DNA from: Lama guanicoe | Taxonomy: Eukaryota | NCBI GenBank assembly: GCA_013239625.1 | Contig: MU056277.1 | Coordinates: 2,396,076-2,460,075 of the forward strand | Reading direction: 5' to 3' | Length of the DNA stretch: 64,000 bases | Translations under genes and position numbers: made by a program | Shown: piece by piece, positions 37,502-49,335 of the stretch | Layout: the number at the start of each line of letters is the position of its first letter | How positions within the stretch are numbered: position 1 is the stretch's first letter | The notes under the pieces: generated by a model | Told to the model about the DNA's origin: nothing | What the model saw: only the letters and a program-made list of their open reading frames with translations | Database searches by the model: none

Positions 37502-38586
37502 GTGGGCAGCTGTGGCAGGCAGGTGGGCAGGTGGGCAGGTGGGCGGGCCCACCCTGCGGGGCACCTGCTTCAGCCCTGGGTGGCATGTCCATCCTGTGCA
37601 CCTTGTCCGTCCGAGTCAGCCTGTCTGCACAGCTGCCGAGCCCGGGCTGGAGGGGGCTGTGGGCCATGTGTGGCCTCCTGCACTGGGACTCAGCTCGTCC
37701 GGCTGGGCTCGGCACTGGCCCCTCCTACACGGTCTCCTCCCCACTCTGGCTTTCTGGAATCTTCCCTGGCTAGTGCCGAGGAGGTGGCACGGGGAGCTGG
37801 TGCAGGAGGCTCCGTGGTGCTGGGCCGGGAGTGGATGGAGGCAGGTGCTCTGAGGGGGTCTGCCCTCCGATCGGCGTCAGGCTCCACTTGGGAGGGTCCG
37901 TGGAGGCGGCTTAGCATCTCAGGAGCCATCTCCCGGCGGGCATCTCGTCCCGCAGGCCCTCGTCCCGTTCCCTCTGCACGGAGCAGACCGTGCTGCGGGC
38001 AGACAGCGGGCACCGCGGGGCCTCCCGTTGCACGATGCTCTGCCCTTGCGCCTGCGTGGCGTCCACCATAAACTTCAGTCCACAGTTAGAATACAACAGC
38101 TGCTCTGTCCTGAGTTCAGGACCCTTACAGAGCTTTCACGAAGTAAAATCCACCTGAAACTCCCCACATGGCGGTAGGAAGGGCTCCTCCCGCACGGAGG
38201 GTCCCTCCCTCAGAAGGACGCTTTCTCCTAACCCAGCCCATCTCGAACAGACTCATTAAATGGACTTCAGGGGCTTTACAATGCATGTGGACCATGAACA
38301 GGGATGTGGAGCGGCTTGGGGGGCCCTGGCTGGTGGACTCTGGCTGACCTTTGTGTCCAGAGGCCTGGTGGGGAGGGCAGGCTGGGATCGCAGCAGGAAG
38401 GGCTGGAAGGGGGGTCAGCCCCCGACAGGCTGCCAGGGGACCTGCTGGGACCCTCACCTGCACTCGTAAGACCGGGTGGCGGGAGCCCCCTTGCTGGAGG
38501 CTCTGGGAAGCCTGAAGCCCTGGGATGTGACGGGTTTGCTGGTGATCTTGCTGGCGTGGAGCGGGGCGTGTGAAGTGTGTCTCTGA

Positions 38587-38856
<270 letters not shown>

Positions 38857-39879
38857 TAAAAGGTTCTCTCTCCAACATGGGAGCCGGGATGGGAGGCCGG
38901 GGCCGAGTGTGGAGCGCGGGTCCCTGAGCCCAGGGGGCTGCCTCCCACGCGCCGAGGGCCCGGGGGCCACGAGGGAAAGCCCTGCCCCCATCCAAGTCCG
39001 TCTCTGGCTCCTGTTTGCTGGTTCTCAAATGGTGTGTCCTCAGTCCCAGCAAAGTGCAGGTCCCCGGGGGGACTGTCGTTGGCCGGTCCTGTGGGTGAGG
39101 GGCTCGGGGGATGGCAGGGGACTGGGTGGGCAGCAGGGTCTGTGGCTGTGGGTCAGGTGCTGGTCAGTGGATGGATGAATAAAGGGATCGAGGGCCTTGC
39201 TCTCTGAGGGGGAACCAACGTGGAGAAGCTTCATCAATGCCACGCTCTGGATGACTGCAGAGCTGGGGCACCATGTGGCCGACTTCGGGAGCTGTGGCCT
39301 GGCGGTCACCTGGTCACAGGCAGGGGCAGCCAGAGGGCCTTGTTGCTGGGCGGGGCCTGTGTTTGCCAGAGACCTGAGGGCCCTGGGCTCCTGGGGGAAG
39401 TCGGGTCACTTGCTCTCCGAAGGGAGGCCCACCTGTGAGCTGGGCAACCTGGCCTTACAGCGTGCTGGTTTACAAAGTGGGGGTGGAGACGAAATCCCGG
39501 TGCTCAAAGGTTGCTGTGGAGACTAAGTCCACACTCTGGGACACTAGGAAGACTGCCACACGTCCCTTTCACAAGAGGGGCCACGCTGCGCCCCTGTCCT
39601 CCCGTCTGCGCTCACCGGCGCCGAGACCCTGCCAGGTAAGCTTGTCAGCTCCCTTTTCCCGATAAGGGTCTGAGGCCTGATTGCACAACCCACGCAAGTT
39701 CTGGAAGAGAAGCCAGGGGTCCGGGAAGGGCAAACAGCCTGACTCAAAGCGCAGAAGTGGTAGTGACGCTCACCGCCCTACCTTTGACCACGCTGCAGTA
39801 TGCGATGCAGCACGGTACCAGGAGTGTGGGGTACATCACACCGCCCCACGCTGACCACGTCAGGCTGTCGAGGACGCAC

Positions 39880-40510
39880 CTGCTCTGTGCTGCGCTGTGC
39901 TGGAGCCCTACGCTGCGTTATACTGCACTGTAGTGTGTTATACTGCACTACATGGTAGCGTGCTGTAGACTGCCGTGCACTATAGGCTGCGGTGCGCTAC
40001 AGGCTGCAGTGCACTCTCCCGCTCTCGCTGCACCACACCACGGCACTGCTATCTCATACCACTCTGCGTTTTGCTCTATGTGCTGCATTGCACTGAACCA
40101 CATTGTACTGCGCCATGTGATGCTACATGCTCTGCGCTATACTGCGCTGTGCCACGTACTCCGTCACTGTCCTACACTGCATCAGACTGCACTCTATGCG
40201 CTGTGGTGCGGTGCTGTGCTGTTACACTGCGCTGCGCGCTGTGTTGTGCTGTGGTGCAGCATCCTGCACCACGCTGCCGCACACACAGTACACTCCACGA
40301 CAGCAGACTGCACTGTGCTGTACTGCACTACTCAGGCCACGTGCTGTGCACTGCTCCGCTGTGCCGTGCTGCGCTGTGCCGTGCTGACCGTGTTACACTG
40401 TTTTGCACTGTCTGTGCTCACAATACCACACCACACTGCCTGATGCCACACTGTACGTTGCACTGCATTACACCACATTGTATCATGTTCTGCTAGGCTG
40501 TACTGCACTA
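39880..40510. repeat. Degenerate pentanucleotide simple repeat (CTGCA/CTGTG/CACTG) in GRK1 intron 2
   Basis: tactgcactgtagtgtgttatactgcactaca...ctgtgccgtgctgcgctgtgccgtgctg; gives spurious Cys/His-rich ORFs. Confidence 0.8.
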
Positions 40511-41108
40511 GAGTGTACCCGCCTCACCCCACACCCCACCAAAACATAAGGCCACGTAAGAGCCACTCACGCTGTTGCTCCAGCTGTCTTGTAATCCGGC
40601 TGATTCGAGGGTTTCCTTCTCATTTCTTTGTGATTCCGCTTGCCTCTACCCTCCTTGGTTGCTGTCCAGTTTGAATAATTCATTTGTTAGGTTTGCTTCT
40701 CTGTGAGATGTGAACGCCACCTGGGGTGGGGCAGGAGGGGCATCCTGCTGCAGGCCCACGAGGGTCTGCGTGTCTGGTGCACGGCCGAGATGCGTCCTGG
40801 GCTCTGTGGTGACCACTCACACCTGATGGGCTGCCTTCCTCCCCTCTGCCCACTCCTTCGGCTGGTGACCGTGCAGTGGCTGTGGGGCCCGTTTCCCAGG
40901 CTCCATGGGCCGGGGTGGGGGCGATGGGGTGAGGACGGCTACCCTGCGTCTTCCCTATAGCCACTGCGGTGGAGGGGGCTGTAAGGATGCGAACGCGGGC
41001 CACGGGGCCTTGGCTGTGCTGCAGGCTCTGCAGGCTGGACCCTGAGGCTAGAATGACAGGCGCTCTGCTGACGGTGCACGGGAGGCTGTGGCCTCCCTGT
41101 TCTCCTGA

Positions 41109-41447
<339 letters not shown>

Positions 41448-41830
41448 TAGTGGGCCGACCTTGACAAATGCTCGTTAAGTTTCTAAACGGCACCAGGACT
41501 CATCTCAAGTTTGTTTATTTTTCATTCAGCTGTTTTACGACAGAACGGGACTGTGCGCACAGGGAGATTCTGGTTGGATTTGGGGTGCGGTTTGGTGCGT
41601 GACTAGGATGTGGACAAGTGTGGCACTATTAGTAAATGGTTGACAGTTTCTGGCCAAACCCGCCCTCTGGCGCTCTTTTCCTTCTGCGCTCGGTGAGGAG
41701 CTGAGCTGGGGTTCTCTCGGGAAATACCGGACACATAGGTTTCCCTTCAGCCCTTTCTGTCACCAGGTCAGACAGACACGGACGTTCCCACAGGCTGCAG
41801 AGCTCAGAAAGGCAGAGATGGGGAGGCTGA

Positions 41831-42124
<294 letters not shown>

Positions 42125-42544
42125 TGAGAGCAAGAGAGGGGACAGTGGTGGGGGTGGGGGCGAGGCCCGGGGTCCTGGGGTCCCGTGGCCGGCACAGTGG
42201 GGGCGGGGGTCGTAGGGAAGCTGCTACCCCTCCCCCAAAGGGGGAGCGGGCCAGTGGGAGGGCAGCCACCTCAGGGAGGACCCTCAGACTCGCCCCCAAA
42301 TCCCCTTGTGCCTCTGACTGAAGGCTCCCCAGCGCCCGGGGCAGGGAGGACCCCGAGGGTCTGCCTGAGTGAGACACCGCAGGGCCAGGGGACAGAGCTC
42401 GCCTCCCCAGCCCAGGCTCCACTGGGAAGCCTCCTGTGGGCGAGACTGGGGCCGTGGGGCACCAGCCCCCACCTCATGTGGCCCAGGGTGGACGTGGGCG
42501 GGGGGGCTGGTCTTGCAGGGGGCCAGGCTGCCCTTGTCCAGAGC

Positions 42545-42712
42545 ATGTGTGCATGTGTGTGAGTGTGTGCATGTGCAGGAACATGTCTGAGTGTACACGT
42601 GTGAGTGTGCCTGTGTGTCCGTGTGTGTGTATGTCTGTGAGCATGTGTCTGACTGTGTGTGTGCCTGTGTGTGTGCTCACGTTTGTGTCTGTGTGTGTGA
42701 CTGAGTGCATGT
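42545..42712. repeat. Degenerate (TG)n microsatellite (similar tracts at ~12260-12385, 13270-13312, 17868-17914, 19915-20100, 46958-46995)
   Basis: Interrupted GT-dinucleotide runs. Confidence 0.85.
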
Positions 42713-44490
42713 GCCCCCAGGGCACCCTTACCCCCCCGCGGGGTGCACAGACAGCAGAGCAGAGACTCCGGAGCAGGGAGGCGGTGCTCCTGGCAGGCTC
42801 ACACTCGCACCGGCGCAGCAGCCCCACGCCCTCCACATTCCTGAGGGTGCTAATTCTTAGTTAATTTCCTTCCTCCCTGTTTGATTCTCAGGGAGAAAGT
42901 GGCCTGTGGGCCGGTGGGGTCTGTTTGTCCCAGATGCTCCCAGCCACGTGCCGTGGGGCCTGTGAGGGGTTGCACTGTCGCCACTGTGGGCCTGTCGCCG
43001 TGTGTGGCTTTTTAGGGAAAGGTCCTGTCTTGCCTTTTCTGGCTCCTCTCCCAGGTGTGCCGCGGACAGAAACGCCTGTGGGCTCTCGCCTGGGGACTCG
43101 GATCTGTAGGTCCCAGAGAGCCCCCAGCAGAACCTGGATGGGAAGCCCCGTGTGGCTGACTCTGCTGTGCGAGGCCCCGCCGGCCGCTAGAGGGCGCCAC
43201 GACCCTGCCATGCTGCCTGGCGGCTCCGAACGCCAGGAGGGGCCTGCCAAGGGTCTGGCGGGTAGCAGGGCTGGAGCTGGGGTGTGAGTTAGAGGGCCTG
43301 GCATCCAGCGAAGCCGGGGAGCCCCCCCACCCTGAGCCCAGGCCCCCCAGAACCGCAGCTCTGCACCAGGTCAGCCGCAATCCACCCAGGTGGGGTGGCA
43401 CACCCTGCCAGCCCCTCAGGGTGCGAGGAGACGGGGTCCCCTCGGGGAGGGGGGTGGACCTGGAAGGGTAGCACTAAGCTGAGCCGGCGTCCACGCACCC
43501 ACACACACGCATATTTGCCACGTGAGACCTGAGAGACAGACGTCCTCGGACCGGGCGCAGGGAGCCAACTAGACGTGCCAGGGGGCTGGGGTGTCTCTGT
43601 GGTCGGCGGCCCCCTGAGCCCCGTTTTCCTGGAGAAGTTGTGGTGAGTTGACCATGTCTCTCCCCAAGTCAGAGTGGTCAGGACAGTCACGCACTGCCCT
43701 GCAAAGGCAGCACACAGAGTTGCGTTCAGGGCCGGGAGGCGTGGTGGCATTTGCCCTCTGCAACCTCTCTGGGAGAATGGCCCTGAGGTCCCAGCAGCCC
43801 GGGCCCAGTGGCCCAGCCACCTCCCTCCTGGAAACTTGCCGTGAACGCAGGAGGACCAGGGAGGGCTGCCAATACATGGGCACAGTTAGCTTTGCTTCTG
43901 GGGAGAAGTGTCTAACGTCCTCCCAGCAGAGAAGCCGCCCCGGCACCCAGCGCCAGTGCCTGCCCCGGCCCCAGGGCAGCGCACTGCGGCCCCGAGGCTG
44001 CCGCTGCCGCCCGCCCTCCCCACTCGCCGGGCTGGCCTCTCCTCGGGCACCTGGGGATGGAGGCTGGAGCTGGCTCTGGGGGTGTCATCCTTCACCCTGT
44101 GGAGCCCAGCCCGTGGTGCGGAGCAGACGGGCCATGCGGCACCTGGGCGGCTCTTTGGAGCAAGGAGGCTTCCGTCTCTCCTCCTGTGTCCTTCAGGCAG
44201 CAGCCTGAGCACCCGTCTCTGACCCCGCCCCCACCCCCGGGTCCTGCATGAGCCTGAGACGCTGCTCCGCCTGCTGTGGGGGGTCCCATCCGGGCAGCTG
44301 TGCTCAAGGGGACGCTCGGCAGTGGCAGCGTCGGCAGATGTCTGGCTGTCACATCTGGGGAGTGCTTCCTTGGGGGTGGGGGGGCTCCGGGCACTGGCAG
44401 CCCCACGTGTCTCCGTGCAAGGCCCCCGCTCTGGGAGGTGAGTGCCCTGCCGTGCACTGTGCCCTGAGTCACACCACGCTCCTGTTGCAG

Positions 44491-44615
44491 GTTTCATGGC
44501 CCCGGAGCTCTTGCGGGGAGAGGAGTACGACTTCTCTGTGGATTACTTTGCCCTGGGGGTCACGTTGTACGAGATGATTGCAGCCAGAGGACCCTTCCGA
44601 GCCCGCGGAGAGAAG
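44491..44615 (+). CDS. GRK1: GRK1 exon 5: [42 protein letters not shown]
   Basis: APE motif; ttgcag| ... AAG|GTAGGA; 125 nt. Confidence 0.98.
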
Positions 44616-45584
44616 GTAGGAGGTGGACAGCCAGTGTCCCCGCGGCTGTCCTGGCACCAGCTCCATGGGTGTGTGTGAGTCATGGGAGCAGTGTCCCCGC
44701 AGTGACCTGCTGACCCTCCTTTTAGGGGAGCATTAAGCTTTCTTATGGTCAGTCCTTCCTGGGCAGAGGAGGGGACATGGTGACGCCATCTCATGACTCC
44801 TTGGACACTCAGGACCAGGTCAGGAGGGAGGAACCTGGACACCCCAACCCCGCAGACGGCCCTCTCTGGACACAGCAGGCTCCCTGGGTGTCCTGCAGGG
44901 GTGGAGGCTGGGAGCAGCTGCGCCCTGCCTCTCCCAGTCCCCCGTCCCTCCTGCGTGGCAGCCCCACACCCCCTGGGCACTTTGCTCCAGCCCAGCAGAA
45001 CCCTGAATGCATGATACAGAGGCTCCATCAATGTTCGAAACTAAAGGATCAAACTGGCCTCTTCCTTGGGCCCACTGGGCCCGGTGCCGACTCAGCTCAG
45101 AGACCTGTGGGTTGTCTGTGGGGCGTCACAGGGCGTGAGGGGGCCTGGCGTGACCGGCAGTTTAGACGCAGCCCCTCTCTGTCCATACGCACAGCCCCAC
45201 AGCCTGCCTGGGCGTCACACCCGTCACTTCTTCTGCCTGGACCTCCTCGTGTGGCCCTCACCCAACCCCAGTCCCCACCCCTTTCCCTGAGACAGTATGG
45301 GAACAAAGTCCCCAGTCTTCAGGAGTGCAACCCCTCTGTGACCAATGCGTAATGTCACTTTGTGTGCCTGCACCTCAGCCTTCAATTCTAGTAACAGTTT
45401 TCTCCCCAACCTGCAACAGCTCACAGAGCAAAATAAAGCAAAATGGTATGGGGGCCACGTCAGCCTCAGGCCACATAGAAGCTCCACCTCAGAGCCCTCA
45501 CTGGGCCCACAGGTCCCTGTTTTCTGTGTGATAATGAGCATGACTACCCTTCCAGGAGCTCAGCCCCAAAGTACATAGAGAACC

Positions 45585-45800
45585 ACCTGTGGTCCCTCCA
45601 CACGTGGTCCACCCGTGGTTCCCTCTACGTGGTCCCACTGCACGTGGCCCACCCGTGTGTGGTCTATCCATTGTTCACCTGTGCGTGGTCCCACTGTACG
45701 TGGTCCATTCATGTGTGGCCTGTCTGTGGTTCCCTCTGTATGTGGTTCCCTCTGTATGTGGCCCCACTGCATGTGGTCCATCGTGCATGGTCCCTCCGTT
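45585..45800. repeat. Degenerate minisatellite with GTGGTCC core in GRK1 intron 5
   Basis: More than ten copies of (C/T)GTGGT(C/T)CC at roughly 12-17 bp spacing. Confidence 0.75.
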
Positions 45801-46372
45801 GGATACACCCTCGACATGGACCAGTCTTGAACCTGTCTCTAATGATGAATGACAGAACCTGGCCCCAGAGAGCACCTCCGGGTGATCCCAGTTCTCTGAG
45901 GTTTTAGGGGGAGTGAGCCTGACTGGGTGGGAGCGGAATCGGTCAGCCTTTGGCTGAGGTGGGGTGGAGGCTTCCGGGTAGCTCCCTGGTGGCTGACCTG
46001 CTGGAGTGAGTCCTGTGGCTCTGAGTTTTGCTCCGTTGCTCTCTAAGGCAGCAGGGACCCTGTGGGCGTCAGCCGCCAGGCCCCTGTGCCAGCTCGGGCC
46101 TGTCAGGTGGCTTCTCCCTCAGGTTCCTCTCTTCCTCGGTCGGGAGGGAAAGGTTATGTGAGTGTAAGTTTCACCTGTGCGATTTCACGCCCAACCGGCG
46201 GTTCTGAGCCCTTTAAAGGCCGACATGCAGGGAGGCTGGTGCAGGCTCCCTCCCAAAAGCAGGGCCGGCAGGCGTCAGTGCAGCCGTGTCTGGGGCTGTC
46301 GTGGCAGCTCGGGCGATGCCGGTGGGCTGGGCCGGGGTGACACGGCTGACAGACAGTGCGTCCGCGGTGCAG

Positions 46373-46574
46373 GTGGAGACCAAGGAGCTGAAGCAGAGGA
46401 TCCTCGAGGAGGCAGTCACTTACCCCGACAAGTTCAGCCAGGCCAGCAGGAGCTTCTGCGAGGCGCTGCTGCAGAAGGACCCCGAGACGCGCCTGGGCTT
46501 CAAAGACGGCAGCTGTGACGGGCTCCGTGCCGACCCCCTCTTCAGGGACATCAGCTGGCGGCAGCTGGAGGCCG
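46373..46574 (+). CDS. GRK1: GRK1 exon 6: [67 protein letters not shown]
   Basis: gtgcag| ... GCCG|GTAGGG; 202 nt. Confidence 0.97.
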
Positions 46575-47554
46575 GTAGGGTCCTGCCTGTGCGCCTCGGG
46601 CCTGGTGTGGGTCTGCTAGGTGACCCCCTGTCCCACTGGCATCTGGCAGCTCAGCGCCACCTCCCAGGGCAGGCACCTGGCTGGGGCTCCGCCTGCCACC
46701 ATCCCTCTGCCCCGAAGCACCACAGCCAGTTCTCCGTTCACCCCGTTGCGCCCCGGGTCTCTTGGGGAACTCGCGGAGGCCAGCAAAGTTCGGATGGGGC
46801 GTGTGGGAAACTTGCTGACACGCCTTTGCATCAGAGGCGCTGGGCGCTTCCTTGAAGGAGCCCACGACCCAAGTCCAGGTGGCATGTCTCTAGCCGCCTG
46901 CTTGGGAGAAACTCATCCATTCAACCAGCATTTGCTGTCAACTCACATCCAAGATACCTGTGTGTGTGTGCGTGTGTGCGTGTGTGCACGTGTGTCCTCG
47001 TGAGAGAAGCGCGTCAACCCTCAGAGCCTGCGGTCTGCGAGCACGTGACCTCACAGCCTAGGGACATGGCAGTGAGCATTCGCTGCCCCAGTAGAAGCTA
47101 CTTTGGCAGGAAGGGTGAGAGCAGAGGCTGCTCTGGCTGATCTGAAGGTGGGAGAGCTGCCCAGCCCAGCTCAGGACTGGGGAGGTCAGGCAGCTCGAGG
47201 AGTCAGAACTGTGGAGCCTGCAGGTTAGGCCCGAGGCCCCTGCAAGTCTCCGGCAGGTGGACCCAGCCCGGGGTCTGTGCCCAGGGGAGGAATGGTGTGA
47301 GAGGCACGAGCACTTCTGTTCTGAGTTGGGGCCTGGTGTCCGACCTGCAGATGGGGAGGCCGGCACGGGGGTCTGCAGAGAAGGAGGGTGGGCGCGGCAG
47401 TGGGGGAAGGCGGTGCCACCGAGAGCACGCTGACCTTCGTGACGGGGCCCTGGGAGTGCCGGCGAGAGGCAGTGTCGTCCAGACTGGACTTGGGTGTCCA
47501 GCTCACTCAGCGCCCTGGGGGGCCCGGGGGGCCCCAATGTCACTCTCCTTGTTA

Positions 47555-47618
47555 CTGCCAGGGCCCCGCTGCCGAGGGCCCCGCCGCCCAGGGCCCCGCT
47601 GCCAGGGCCTCGCCGCCA
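47555..47618. repeat. About 4 copies of a 14-15-bp GC-rich repeat (GCCAGGGCCCCGCT) just upstream of the GRK1 exon 7 acceptor
   Basis: gccagggccccgct gccgagggccccgcc gcccagggccccgct gccagggcctcgcc. Confidence 0.75.
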
Positions 47619-47647
47619 AGGCAGACGTATCTCCCGTCTCCCAACAG

Positions 47648-47943
47648 GGCTGCTCGTGCCCCCCTTCACCCCGGACTCCAGGACCGTCTACGCAAAGAAC
47701 ATCCAGGATGTGGGGGCCTTTTCCACGGTCAAGGGGGTGGTCTTTGACAAAGCAGACACAGACTTCTTCGAAGAGTTTGCCACTGGCACCTGCTCCATCC
47801 CCTGGCAAGAGGAGATGATTGAGACCGGTGTCTTTGGGGAGCTGAATGTGTGGCGCTCTGATGGGCAGATGCCAGATGACATGAAGGGGGTCTCTGTGCA
47901 GGCAACCCCCCCGTCCAAGTCGGGAATGTGTCTGGTGTCCTAG
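47648..47943 (+). CDS. GRK1: GRK1 exon 7: [31 protein letters not shown]...SKSGMCLVS*; total 1692 nt / 563 aa, rhodopsin kinase
   Basis: ccaacag|; AGC-kinase tail, autophosphorylation FST motif, CaaX farnesylation box CLVS; exon lengths sum to 564 codons. Confidence 0.98.
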
Positions 47944-49273
47944 ATGACCGGGCCTCCGGGAGTCAGCGGAGCTGCCAGCAGTGAACGACCAGCCCCCCGC
48001 CAGGCCACCTGCATGGCCGTGGCTGAGCTGCTTTCTCCCGGGCACCCGGGCAGGAGGGTGGAGGCTGGTCTGGCCAGATCTACCAGGCTGGGTCAGGAGC
48101 CCCAGCCTGTAAGCTGTACCTGGATGGAACCCGCCGACCTCGCAGGGCTCTCCAGGGCCCCCGCAGTGGACGTGCGCGCTGGCGGAGGTTTGGTGTCCTG
48201 CCACCGTAACTGCACCTTCCCAGAGCCCTGCCTTCTCTCGGTTGGGTCAGAGGTTGGCAATCCGCGGCCTGTGGCTGGAGAGGCCCAGACCTCGGGCCTG
48301 GCTTGTTTCCTCGGCACCCGGATCTTGTCCCCACCCTCCAGCCACCTGGTCACCGCCAGGGCCCAGGCTGGTCACCACCTGAATGTCGCTGTCCGGGGAC
48401 CAGATGTCCAGGATGAGGGGAGGGTGTTGGGGCCTGAGGGTGAGACTGACTCTGGTGGCCACCCCTCTTGGCTTTTCTTTATCCCAAGAATGTCTCCAGA
48501 CAATGGCAAAGCTGCCCCCACCCCTTGCCCCAGGCAGACGGGACGGGGCGGGTCACAGCTTTTTTAAGCACCTGCCACCCCCTAGCTCTGCCTCTTGGGC
48601 CGCAAGGCCCAACCGTTTCTGTCTGTCCATCCCGATCTTATCTCCCAGGTCTGCTCTGGCCAGTCCTGTGACCTGGGGTTTGCTGACTGAGGCCATTAGT
48701 GTCCGCCTCCCCCATCTCCCCAGCAGCGGCAGCCCTAAGCCTCTCTCTGGTCTGACCAGCCCCAGGCACCACCTTTGCGGGGGTTGGTGTTTCCAGCTGC
48801 ACCTGAGCCTCCCAGTGCCCCCGAGTGTTCACCCAGTTCAACCTGGAGAACATATTTTTGGAGCAGCTGCTTCTGGAGCCCCTAACCCGGCCGAGAAACC
48901 CGACACCCCACGGAGGGCTCAGCCTGAGAGCAGACAGGGGAGGAGCTGGGATTTGGGGCCTGGGGACCCACTTCCAGAAGAGGGGTCTCTGACCTTTTCT
49001 TAGGGGAGAACTTCTGAGTTCCCTGCCACTCAGGCACAAGTGGCAGGAGGAGGGACAGCTGAACTGCATGCTGGTCCAGCAGGGCACCTGGGGCCCCGAG
49101 GACATCAGTGGGGCTTCTGCCGTCACCTGGCTGGTGCGGCTGATGTTGGGTCCCGCCGGGGATGGAAAAGTGCAGTCCTCCATAGACCCCCACGTGCCTG
49201 GGGGTCCTGCCAACCTTCTAGCCACGGCACAGACAGCTGCCCCATGGGATTCAACAGAGCGTGGGGCACCTCC

Positions 49274-49335
49274 GTCCTCAGACTGTCACACGGAGTGTGG
49301 GGAGTGGCCCCCTGTCCTCAGACTGTCACACGGAG
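49274..49335. repeat. Local duplication: GTCCTCAGACTGTCACACGGAG x2 (period 40)
   Basis: Exact 22-mer at 49274-49295 and 49314-49335. Confidence 0.9.

Noticed and set aside
37502-38071. C-terminal part of the 426-aa ORF 36791..38071
   Set aside because: Intron-1 read-through. Kinase sequence resumes in phase at 38728, and the real start is ATG 36803.
45585-45800. CRISPR-like repeat-spacer appearance (also 49274-49335)
   Set aside because: Eukaryotic context, short degenerate units, no unique spacers and no cas genes; ordinary minisatellite or local duplication.
47545-47606. Cryptic acceptors upstream of GRK1 exon 7
   Set aside because: The one with the best pyrimidine tract (AG 47560-47561) is out of frame, and the in-frame one (47604-47605) has no pyrimidine tract.
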